64,000 nucleotides of DNA from contig CASFNW010000002.1 of NCBI GenBank assembly GCA_949296245.1, positions 48,454 to 112,453 of the forward strand, written 5' to 3'. Position numbers and translations under genes: made by a program. This stretch comes from an uncultured bacterium. GTDB taxonomy: Bacteria; Cyanobacteriota; Vampirovibrionia; Gastranaerophilales; Gastranaerophilaceae. Below the pieces are notes generated by a model. The model searched no databases, was not told where the DNA came from, and was given only the letters and a program-made list of their open reading frames with translations. How positions within the stretch are numbered: position 1 is the first letter of the stretch; every line of letters starts with the position of its first letter. Below are positions 8,918 to 17,380 of the stretch, in pieces.

Positions 8918-11900
8918 TTATTCTATCCAGCGGAAGTTTTTTACATATTTATCTTCATCAATTTTACCGTCAATTTTTACTGTAAATACTCTGTATTGCT
9001 GGTCGCTTAATTCAACACCGGGTATTTTATTCAGGTCTTGAATAATTTTAGCCTTATCTTCGTTTCCGAGCTTAAAACCGGGAATTTTGGAAAACAGTGT
9101 ATTAAATGAAAGATTGCCAATCTTGCCGAGAAGATTTGTTGCATGTTTAGTCAGCCTTCCGTATACTCTCATATTTGCATATTGTTGAAGTATATCGAAT
9201 TCACCGTTAATATAAATATTGAGGTTATTGCCTTTAGAGTATACTTCTATATTTTGAGCAACTCCGTTTTTTACAGTAAAGCTGCCTTTTATCGAATCAA
9301 AATATCCTGTTTTAATCGGAGCAATAAGGTCTAAAAAGTTACTGATACTTGCACCGGTAATGCCGCTTTTTATAAAATTGCCGGCTCTTAAGAGATATTC
9401 CACAGACCCGAGTTTTGGCATTTTTCCGTCAGCAATTTCAAAATAAACGTATCCGAACATATTTCTCAAACGTTCTTCTTCTGTATTGCCGCTTGTTGTT
9501 ATTGTTATATTTCCGTTTGCATTACCGAAAATCTGATCTTTAAATTCAAACATTGCAGAGGCAACTTTATTTGAATCCACATTTAAAGCGGTGACATTAG
9601 CTTTGATTTTTCCCGTAGAAAAGTCATATAATGCGCTGCCAGACATTTGTCCTGTCGTAACGTCAAAAGCAAGACGTTCCATGTTCAATAACATATCGTC
9701 TTTTAGTGAAAATTTTGCTTCATAATTACTTGCATTCAAATTCCTTATAGTTACATCTGATGCTTTCATTTTGCCTTTTTTAATACGAAAATCAGAAATA
9801 TTAAGAGGCAGAGCTGTTTGTGATTTATTGTTATCCACAAGCCTTACTGTTGTATCCGGTGTGGGTATTCTGGTTAAGGAATCGATAAATGCATCAATAT
9901 TCAGTTTGTTGGATTCCATATCCAGATTGTTTATTACAATCGGAGGTCTCAGATTGTTTTTCAACTCCGCAGATATTACAAAGTCTGAGTCAAGAACCGT
10001 TCCGTTTGTTTTAAGTTCTATTATTTTATTTTTGAAATTGAGAGAAATATCTTTTATAACAGTATCGTATAAAGGCATATCAAGATTGTCCATATATACG
10101 CTTCCTGTAACTTGCGGATATTTGATATCTCCTTTTATATTTAAATTACAGCTGAATTGGCCGTTTTTTAATACAGATTTTTTAAATATAATATTGAATA
10201 TTTTTGCATTTGCTTTATTTAGTGTTTTTACATTAAGATTTCTGATAAAAATATTTTGTTTTTTTAGCTGTATTATGCCGTTGGCCGTAAGAACCGTTAA
10301 CGGGTATGAGCGGGTATTTTGTGATGTCATGTATCTTATGTATTTAAAATTTTTCAGGTAATAAATATTGTTGTCCGCAATATTTATATCTGCATATAAT
10401 TCTCTGGCTTCATTTTCATCACCAAGATTTGCACCCATATAATATATATCTGACTCCGGTGCTAATTTTAATTTTGGCTGAAGTCTGATATTCTGCGCAT
10501 TTCCGCTTATATCGGCGGTTACTGTTATATCCCCTTTGGGTTTTATCGGGTATGTTAATCTGCTGTTAATATACTTGTTTACAAAGTTTTCGTTTATCTT
10601 TGCCGTTAAATATCCGTTTATCTTTGCTGTTTTATCCAAATCCCATACTGATAAATTTAAAAATACAGGTGTATTATCAACCTTAGCAATTATAGACCTA
10701 AGAGATGCTCTTTTACCTTCCAGCAGAATTTTTCCGCTATCGATTGTGACAGGGGTTTTGAAATAGCTGTGGTTAAATTGTATATCTTTTAAATCTATAT
10801 ACCCGTTTAGATTATTGTGCTTGCAGTCTATCAGTATGTTGGCAGTTCCGTCATAGTTTTCGTATGCATTGAGCAATTTATAAAGCGGCTGCGGCAGAAT
10901 CTGAAGAGTTTTTATTTTATTCAATGCGTTGATATTAAAATCAGAAACTTTTAAGTGTCCGTCAATCCTGTATGATTTGGAAAAGAAATTGTGTACTGTC
11001 CCTCTTGCATTAATCTGTGCACCGTAAAATTTTGCATTAAAATTGTTAAATGCCAGATTTCCTCTGTTTATTTCAAAATTTCCGGAGGAAATTATAAAAT
11101 CAGATTCTTTTTGATTAATTGGTGAAAAATAGCCTGTAGCGGACAAATTTTTTAAATCAAAATTATCGTTACTTGATTTATATCTTCCGTTAAATGTTAT
11201 ATAGGAATTTGTTTTGGGCAGGGATAATGTTTTTTCTTCACTGCTTAAAAGAATAAAAGGAATCAGCTCATCTGTTTTTAATTTATTTGCATTGATTTTT
11301 AAATCCGTTTTGCCGTTATTGCAGCCTCCCTGTATGTATATCGGCGAGGTACCTGTCAATCCGTTCAGCACAGCATGCCAGTTTGTATCATCAAAGTTTA
11401 TTTTTCCTTTCAAGTTCTGTGCATATACCGGTATATATTTTAATTTCCCTTTTATCCCTTTTAAGTCAATGACACCTGATATTTTGAAAGTGGGATTCTC
11501 TGCAATTTTGCTGAAATCTTTTACTATACCTTTGATTTTGATATCTGCTTTTACTTTACCGGATACAGATTCAACAGGATTAACCATAAATTTTTTGTTA
11601 TCTAAAATAACACTTGTTGTAAGAATATGGAACAAGTCAGAGATTTCTATATTTTCCGCGTCTACATCAAAATCGATATGTCCGTCGAGATTGGCTTTAC
11701 CGTCTATTTTTACGGGCTGATGCTTTATATAAGCTGAATTTGTATAAAAATGCATATTTTTGTGGTCAAATACAAGAGCGCCATTGGCGTTTTCTATTTC
11801 TGTATTCAACCCTTCAAGAGTTGCGTATGTATTTCGGAAGTTAAACTGACCGATAACATCACCGTCAAGTATTGTGCCTTTTGTTCTTATATCTATGTCG

Positions 11901-13390
11901 CCCTTGCCTTTTATGTCCATATAAGGAACCGGCCCCAAATCAAAGCCTATAACTTCATGTACCGGTACAAGCATATATTCGGCAGTGGATAAATCTACAT
12001 TTTTCGAGGATACAATATGAAAATCACCTGCACCGTAGAATTTCATTTCTGCAATGCCTTCTACGTCTACATACTCACCATGTCCGGCAAATACACGTGT
12101 TTTTACTTTTACATTGTCTTTTAAAAATTCAGCAAAGACTTTACAATGAGGGACAAGCGGATTGTCCTTCACTATATACACATCTTCTGCATTCAAATTT
12201 CCGTATATTTCAGGTTTTAATAAGCTTCCTTTTATTTGAAGATTGCCCTGTGCTTTGCCCCAGGCTCCGTACTTTTTAAATTTTTGCATTACATCAAACG
12301 GGTCATCTTTAATTGAAGGCACAAGCCAGTACATTGAATGAATATCTGATTTGGGGATATTTACAGACAAATCGGCTTTGGGATTTGATGACGTGTAATC
12401 TTTTATACTTCCGGAGAGATTTATCCGCCAGTCTTTTGCGTTTATTTTTGTATCGGTTATTTTAAGAGATTTTTTATCAAAGGAAAGTATAGAATCAATG
12501 TAAATAGTGCTGTTTGCACGGATATTATCAAGAGGATTTTTCATATTTATTGAAAAATCTGTTATTGCAGCGTCGGCTTTTATGGCATTACCACTGGAAT
12601 TAGCATTATGTGCATTTGTTTTAATATTTATAATCCCGCCGGATGATACAATGTCTTTATTTGCAAAAAATGCAAGGTATCCGGAAAAATCCGATAAATC
12701 AATATTTTCTATGTTGCAAAGACACCTTAAATCATTTTGTCTGAGACCGTGTTCTAACGGTAATTTTGAAGAAAAATCAATATTAACAGATGATTTTTGC
12801 TTGCCATTGACTAATATCTCTGAAATTATTTTTGCGGATACTTTTTTGTTCTTTTTGTAAGAAATATCAGCATTTACAATCCGGCTGTCGAGTTGTTTGT
12901 TTATAAGTTCATCTTTTAAAATAAAATCAGAGTTTGATATATGAAATGAATTTATATCTGCGTCTATTTTTTGTTTTGTATCTAAATTTAAAGGCAAGTG
13001 CCCGAGGTAAAACTTCTTATCTTTTTTTCTTGTTAATATAAACTTCAAATCATTCGCCGCTGCTGATTTTACCGTGATTTTTTTTAACAATAAAGAGGGT
13101 AAAAATAAAGAAATATCCGCATTTTTTGCACAAAGTATACTATTGTTATTTCTGTCTTTTAAAGAGATATTTTCAGCAAAAATTTTTATGCTGAGAGAAG
13201 GAGACATTTCTATTGCTGCACTCTTATAGGAGAGTTTAAAACCCGTTTTTTGTTCAACAGCAGCACTCAGCCTGTCTGTTTGCAGCAGTGAATTTAATTG
13301 TGCGGGCACAATCCATAAATACAATATTATGATTCCTGCTAACACAACCGGAAACATTATTAAAGAAATTTTTAGAATTTTTATATTCAT
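8918..13390 (-). CDS. AsmA/TamB-like giant envelope protein (N-terminal TM anchor, long beta-rich body)
   Basis: 1490 aa. Single N-terminal TM (ISLIMFPVVLAGIIILYLWIV), then a long repetitive beta-strand-rich sequence typical of AsmA-like/TamB lipid-transport proteins. Divergent from an Skp/OmpH gene. The family call rests on architecture and context only. Confidence 0.65.
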   Translation of the reverse strand: MNIKILKISLIMFPVVLAGIIILYLWIVPAQLNSLLQTDRLSAAVEQKTGFKLSYKSAAIEMSPSLSIKIFAENISLKDRNNNSILCAKNADISLFLPSLLLKKITVKSAAANDLKFILTRKKDKKFYLGHLPLNLDTKQKIDADINSFHISNSDFILKDELINKQLDSRIVNADISYKKNKKVSAKIISEILVNGKQKSSVNIDFSSKLPLEHGLRQNDLRCLCNIENIDLSDFSGYLAFFANKDIVSSGGIINIKTNAHNANSSGNAIKADAAITDFSINMKNPLDNIRANSTIYIDSILSFDKKSLKITDTKINAKDWRINLSGSIKDYTSSNPKADLSVNIPKSDIHSMYWLVPSIKDDPFDVMQKFKKYGAWGKAQGNLQIKGSLLKPEIYGNLNAEDVYIVKDNPLVPHCKVFAEFLKDNVKVKTRVFAGHGEYVDVEGIAEMKFYGAGDFHIVSSKNVDLSTAEYMLVPVHEVIGFDLGPVPYMDIKGKGDIDIRTKGTILDGDVIGQFNFRNTYATLEGLNTEIENANGALVFDHKNMHFYTNSAYIKHQPVKIDGKANLDGHIDFDVDAENIEISDLFHILTTSVILDNKKFMVNPVESVSGKVKADIKIKGIVKDFSKIAENPTFKISGVIDLKGIKGKLKYIPVYAQNLKGKINFDDTNWHAVLNGLTGTSPIYIQGGCNNGKTDLKINANKLKTDELIPFILLSSEEKTLSLPKTNSYITFNGRYKSSNDNFDLKNLSATGYFSPINQKESDFIISSGNFEINRGNLAFNNFNAKFYGAQINARGTVHNFFSKSYRIDGHLKVSDFNINALNKIKTLQILPQPLYKLLNAYENYDGTANILIDCKHNNLNGYIDLKDIQFNHSYFKTPVTIDSGKILLEGKRASLRSIIAKVDNTPVFLNLSVWDLDKTAKINGYLTAKINENFVNKYINSRLTYPIKPKGDITVTADISGNAQNIRLQPKLKLAPESDIYYMGANLGDENEARELYADINIADNNIYYLKNFKYIRYMTSQNTRSYPLTVLTANGIIQLKKQNIFIRNLNVKTLNKANAKIFNIIFKKSVLKNGQFSCNLNIKGDIKYPQVTGSVYMDNLDMPLYDTVIKDISLNFKNKIIELKTNGTVLDSDFVISAELKNNLRPPIVINNLDMESNKLNIDAFIDSLTRIPTPDTTVRLVDNNKSQTALPLNISDFRIKKGKMKASDVTIRNLNASNYEAKFSLKDDMLLNMERLAFDVTTGQMSGSALYDFSTGKIKANVTALNVDSNKVASAMFEFKDQIFGNANGNITITTSGNTEEERLRNMFGYVYFEIADGKMPKLGSVEYLLRAGNFIKSGITGASISNFLDLIAPIKTGYFDSIKGSFTVKNGVAQNIEVYSKGNNLNIYINGEFDILQQYANMRVYGRLTKHATNLLGKIGNLSFNTLFSKIPGFKLGNEDKAKIIQDLNKIPGVELSDQQYRVFTVKIDGKIDEDKYVKNFRWIE

Positions 13391-13448
13391 TACAGATATT
13401 ATTTGACTAATAATAATTAATTATATAATTAAACCCGATTTTTTTCAC

Positions 13449-13477
13449 TTGTCTTTACATATAATTATTGATAAAAT
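13449..13477 (+). promoter_or_regulatory. Candidate sigma70-type promoter (TTGTCT-17-TAAAAT) firing into repeat copy B
   Basis: TTGTCT at 13449-13454, a 17-nt spacer, then TAAAAT at 13472-13477. The predicted start falls on the conserved ATGTCTGAG 5' box of the element. Copy A has TATGAT (3992-3997) and copy C has TAGAAT at the same relative position. Confidence 0.45.
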
Positions 13478-13792
13478 GTCTGAGTGGGATTTCACTTGTA
13501 GGAGTGGTACACACTCTGCCGAGGAAATATGCCAGTGGCATATTTGCGAGAGGTAGCAAGTGGCGCCGAGTTTAGCATTCTACGGAAGTGACCCCATGCA
13601 CTTGTTGGCTGTGCCGGACTTGTTGTTAAATATTAAACTTGTTTATTGTACAGGTTCATCAAGCGGATTTTCGGACGGGTGAAACCCGGGGGGCGAGGAC
13701 ATTGAGCCGGCTTGTGCAAAGCACAAAAGGCGAAACTGTCCGAGCGTGAAGAAAATCCAAGACGTAGTCGGAGTCAGTTGACGATATGAAAT
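13476..13792 (+). repeat. GC-rich modular intergenic element, copy B (scaffold plus ~110-nt inserted domain)
   Basis: Same four blocks as copy A. It also carries a domain inserted between block 3 and the 3' block. That domain is closed by GGATTTTC (13665-13672) / GAAAATCC (13751-13758) and contains the hairpin ACGGGTGAAACCCG, which is also present in copy D. Confidence 0.85.
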
Positions 13793-13835
13793 TTATTAAA
13801 TTAACAGGCTTATTTTTAGTATAGAGGAATTATTT

Positions 13836-14321
13836 ATGAAAAAATTAAAAGCATTATTTATAGCAGCTGCAGCAATGTTTCTTATCGGAGCAGGGAATAA
13901 TATTTCTTCTGTAGCACAGGCGCAGACTATCGGTTATGTGAACTATAAAACAGTGGAATCAAACTATGAATATGCAAAACAGGCATATAAAGAAATTGAT
14001 ACAAAATATCTGGAATTGCAGCAGTATTTGATGGATAAGGAAAAACAATATAAAAATATTGATTCTCCTATAAATAAAAAGAACTTTGAAGAGCAGGTTC
14101 AAAAAGATTTCAAACTTAAAAATGATGAGTTTGATAAATTTAAACTGAAAAAAGCACAGGAAGTAGAAGGTAATATCCTGCAGGCAACAAAAGCAGTTGC
14201 TGCTGACAAAAAAATTGATGTTGTGCTGGATTACAGAGTGATTTTTACAGGCGGTGTCGATATATCACAGGATGTAATTAATTACCTTAATTCACCATCA
14301 TTTAAACCTGCGAAAAAATAG
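13836..14321 (+). CDS. skp: Periplasmic chaperone Skp/OmpH family
   Basis: 161 aa. Signal peptide ending ..SVAQAQ, then IGYVNYKTV start and a Lys/Glu/Gln-rich coiled-coil body typical of OmpH/Skp. Divergent from the TamB-like gene. Confidence 0.8.
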   Translation: MKKLKALFIAAAAMFLIGAGNNISSVAQAQTIGYVNYKTVESNYEYAKQAYKEIDTKYLELQQYLMDKEKQYKNIDSPINKKNFEEQVQKDFKLKNDEFDKFKLKKAQEVEGNILQATKAVAADKKIDVVLDYRVIFTGGVDISQDVINYLNSPSFKPAKK

Positions 14322-14327
14322 ATTTTT

Positions 14328-14358
14328 AAAAGCGGACTCACTGGGTCCGCTTTAGTTT
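14328..14358 (+). terminator. Rho-independent terminator after skp
   Basis: Stem AGCGGAC (14331-14337), loop TCACTGG, stem GTCCGCT (14345-14351), followed by TTTAGTTT. Confidence 0.75.
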
Positions 14359-14401
14359 CATGATTTAAGTGTGTAAAAAATACTGTTATGGAGTTTTTGG
14401 T

Positions 14402-15715
14402 TTGAGATTTGTCGATTTAATAGATAAAAAGAAAAAAGGACTTGAACACAGCAAAGAAGAAATTCAATATATTATTGATTCTTTAATGAACGGCAATGCA
14501 GAAGACTACCAGATTGCCGCATGGCTTATGGCCGTATATTTTAAAGGCATGACGCTGGAAGAAACAGCAAATTTCACAAAAGCAATTATTGATTCGGGTG
14601 AAACAATCGACCTTTCTGCATTACGAAATGAAAACTGTCATCATATAGCTGACAAACATTCTACAGGCGGTGTAGGCGATAAAATTACTTTAATTTTAAT
14701 TCCGATTCTAGCCGCCTGCGGTGTTCCGGTTGCAAAGCTGTCCGGCAAAGGGCTCGGACATACCGGCGGCACCATTGATAAACTGGAATCTATACCGGGT
14801 TTTAATACGGATTTAAGCATTGAAGAGCTAATTGAAAAAGTAAAAACAACCGGATTGGCAATATGCGCACAAACAAAACGCCTCACTCCTGCCGACGGAA
14901 AATTGTATGCTCTGAGAGATGTTACGGCAACAGTGGACTCAGTGCCTCTGATTGCAAGTTCTGTTGTTTCAAAAAAAATTGCGTCTGGTGCAGATTACGT
15001 TGTACTTGATGTAAAATACGGCTCAGGTGCTTTTATAAAAACTCCTGAAGAAGCCTGTGAACTTGCACAATGGATGGTTAATATCGCAGAAAAATTGGGT
15101 AAAAAATTCCACGCGGTTATAACCTCTATGGAACAGCCTCTCGGCAGAGCAGTGGGTAATGCAATAGAGGTTATTGAATCAATCGAATTTTTAAAAGGAA
15201 ATATGACGCCTGACATAAAACAGCTCACATACGAAATGGCGTCTCTTACTCTTTGTGAACTAGGAATTTGTTACAGTAAAGAAGAAGCTTTTTATAAAAT
15301 AGACGATGTGATTAATTCATCAAAAGCACTTGAATATTTTAGAAAGCTTGTAGAGTCACAGGGAGGAAATACAGTTGTAATAGATAATTACAGATTTTTC
15401 CCGCAGCCCAATTATGCATTCCGGCTTAAAGCTGAAAATAACGGTCATATCGATTATATTGATGCTTATAAAACCGCATATGCATGCAAACTTTTAGGAG
15501 CAGGCAGGGAGAAAAAGACGGATACTATCGATTATTCCGCAGGTATATACTTGAATAAAATATACGGTGAATACGTATCACAGGGAGATACACTTGCCAC
15601 AATTTATGCAAATAATCCTGACAAAGCTGAAACTGCACTGAGCTATCTTAAAGATGCTTTTGTAATTTCGCAGGAACAACCGCAGCAAAGAAATATGATT
15701 TATAGAGTAATATAA
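14402..15715 (+). CDS. pdp: Pyrimidine-nucleoside (thymidine) phosphorylase
   Basis: HSTGGVGDK, GKGLGHTGGTIDKLESIPG and LRDVTATVDS motifs. The ORF track starts at GTG 14369. TTG 14402 (GGAG 7 nt upstream) gives the canonical (M)RFVDLIDKKKKG N-terminus. Confidence 0.92.
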   Translation: MRFVDLIDKKKKGLEHSKEEIQYIIDSLMNGNAEDYQIAAWLMAVYFKGMTLEETANFTKAIIDSGETIDLSALRNENCHHIADKHSTGGVGDKITLILIPILAACGVPVAKLSGKGLGHTGGTIDKLESIPGFNTDLSIEELIEKVKTTGLAICAQTKRLTPADGKLYALRDVTATVDSVPLIASSVVSKKIASGADYVVLDVKYGSGAFIKTPEEACELAQWMVNIAEKLGKKFHAVITSMEQPLGRAVGNAIEVIESIEFLKGNMTPDIKQLTYEMASLTLCELGICYSKEEAFYKIDDVINSSKALEYFRKLVESQGGNTVVIDNYRFFPQPNYAFRLKAENNGHIDYIDAYKTAYACKLLGAGREKKTDTIDYSAGIYLNKIYGEYVSQGDTLATIYANNPDKAETALSYLKDAFVISQEQPQQRNMIYRVI

Positions 15716-15726
15716 TTCTTGCAAAA

Positions 15727-15935
15727 AAGCTGGCACACTCAAAATAGGGAGCAGCAGTCGTGCTCTTACAAAATGCTGCGGTGTCTGATTTCAAGCGAAT
15801 TTTGAACGAGTGGAGTCGAATGACGAGAGCCAACGCCCCTTGTGGCGCAGGACGTGACCCCGGTAGAATGTCTGATTTCAAGATGTCCGACGGCAACTGA
15901 GATACGCAGATTAGATTAAAAAGTTGCCGTTTTGC
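15727..15935 (+). repeat. GC-rich modular intergenic element, copy C (rearranged variant)
   Basis: Contains a 14-nt direct repeat TGTCTGATTTCAAG (15782-15795 and 15869-15882). Also has a block-4-like GGAGTCGAATGACGA, a CTTGTGG box, GTGACCCC, and a 3' block CGGCAACTG.GA.AC..AGATTAGAT shared with copy D. It ends in hairpin CGGCAACT (15891-15898) / AGTTGCCG (15922-15929) followed by TTTT. Confidence 0.75.
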
Positions 15936-16017
15936 AATAAAAATAAAAATTTTAGCAACTTTTAAAGATAACTTGCGTTTATTTATATATATAGGAAAGT
16001 GTAATTAAGGTTAAAGC

Positions 16018-17259
16018 ATGGCAATAATATTCAATGCAGCAAAAACTGTTCTTTGTAAAGCAAGCTCAAAAGGGGCTTCTCTTTTAAGAAAAGACATTGG
16101 TCTGGACATTTCAAAAGCAGCAAAAGACGGACTAAAAATTCCACAGGAGGCTGCATCTTTTGATGCGGTGAGAGTTGGAAGAAATTTTAATCCGGATGAA
16201 TGCTATACTGATATTTTTACTTTTCGTAATAAATCAGGTGAGGTTATTGAACAATTTATAAAAGAAGTCAATGGTAACGACATTAAAACCACAAAAAAAT
16301 GGTATGAAAAACTGTTTCCCTGGGAAAAAGATCTTGATGATTTTGGTGAAAAAGTTTTGAGTATTCCGGCAACAAAAGTCCGTTCTTATACTAGAGAAAA
16401 CGGAAAAATATCTCAAATAACAGAAGATGTTTTTGCTGTGACAGAGACAGAAAAGCCAATAGTTACACATTCTAAAAAAACTATTATGCCTGTATATGAT
16501 GATACCTACAAAAGAACAAATAATGAGTCATTTTTATTAGAGCAGAGACAAAATGGAAAATCTGCCAGATTTATAAAAAATGAATACGAAGTAGACCGAT
16601 ATGCAAATGGTAGTTTCAATCTAAACAAATCAGAGGTTTCCTCTCCGGAATTAAAAGAAATTGCAGAAAATTCTTATCTATTACCGTTTGTAAGCAATAA
16701 TAACAAATTTGCCTATAGAATGGCACAGGCAAATATTGAAGATGCATGTTTTATAGCTCCTCCTGAAATCAAATTATACAAAGAAAAATCCCAAAGGTTA
16801 GGATATTATTCCAGTTCAAATGAAGTTAATATAAATCTTAAAAACTCAAGAGATTTAAATGCACCTAGAAGTACCCTGACTAATACAATAGGACATGAAG
16901 TGGGGCACGCAAAATGGGATGAGAAATGTCTTCAATACGATATGTATAAAAATGGACTTATGGATGCAGACGAATTTTTTGCTATGAATTCAAAGTCAGA
17001 TATATCTTTGATAAAACGCTATCAGTATGCAATTGATAATTATGTACCTGCGAAAGTAAATAATGTTCTCTATCAAAATAATTTTGCAGAAGTTACAGCC
17101 AGAAAAGAAGGACGCAAATCTGTTAGAAAACTTTCGAAATTGCAGGAAAATCTGGATGAAGCTTTTCCTTATCAACACGGTTTTCAATTTAACAGACCAA
17201 ATGGTAAAGAAGATGATTTAGCCGATTTGATAACATTAATGGACAGCTGGACTAAATAG
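16018..17259 (+). CDS. Hypothetical protein with HExxH zinc-metalloprotease motif
   Basis: 413 aa. TNTIGHEVGHAKWDE (HExxH) with a candidate third ligand about 65 aa downstream (NNFAEVTAR). No signal peptide seen and no recognised family. Confidence 0.55.
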   Translation: MAIIFNAAKTVLCKASSKGASLLRKDIGLDISKAAKDGLKIPQEAASFDAVRVGRNFNPDECYTDIFTFRNKSGEVIEQFIKEVNGNDIKTTKKWYEKLFPWEKDLDDFGEKVLSIPATKVRSYTRENGKISQITEDVFAVTETEKPIVTHSKKTIMPVYDDTYKRTNNESFLLEQRQNGKSARFIKNEYEVDRYANGSFNLNKSEVSSPELKEIAENSYLLPFVSNNNKFAYRMAQANIEDACFIAPPEIKLYKEKSQRLGYYSSSNEVNINLKNSRDLNAPRSTLTNTIGHEVGHAKWDEKCLQYDMYKNGLMDADEFFAMNSKSDISLIKRYQYAIDNYVPAKVNNVLYQNNFAEVTARKEGRKSVRKLSKLQENLDEAFPYQHGFQFNRPNGKEDDLADLITLMDSWTK

Positions 17260-17380
17260 TTAGTTTAAGAAAAATTCAGGTAAGCTTTCCTGCCACATTT
17301 GTATTAAATATCTGTTTGTATTACCATGTTGGCATAATTTAGAATAGAGTTATGGTATTGAAAAGGAGGATATTTTAACT

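Noticed and set aside
9143-12860. Multiple plus-strand ORFs (60-196 aa) antisense to the TamB-like gene, and similar antisense ORFs inside IDH, nifJ, topA, nifS and others
   Set aside because: They are fully embedded antisense to long, well-supported genes and have hydrophobic, low-complexity translations typical of AT-rich antisense frames.
13665-13700. Resemblance of CCGGACGGGTGAAACCCG (copies B and D) to the guanidine-III (ykkC-III) riboswitch core CCGGACGAGGUG...ACCCGG
   Set aside because: Here the segment forms a simple local hairpin (ACGGG-TGAAA-CCCGT). The second pseudoknot strand and the conserved CAGGACAAGACGG part are absent. Downstream genes (skp, pilins) are unrelated to guanidine detoxification.
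13703-13735. Group II intron domain V-like hairpin (GAGCCGGCTTGTGCAAAGCACAAAAGGCG) in copy B
   Set aside because: The stem geometry does not match domain V (no 14-bp stem with a 2-nt bulge or GNRA loop). There is no GUGYG 5' end, no domain VI, and no reverse transcriptase ORF anywhere in the window.
15648-15896. 82-aa minus-strand ORF from the track, lying across GC-rich element C
   Set aside because: It runs through the repeat element, overlaps the 3' end of pdp, has no SD, and its sequence is low-complexity repeat translation. It is best explained as a chance ORF in GC-rich non-coding DNA.
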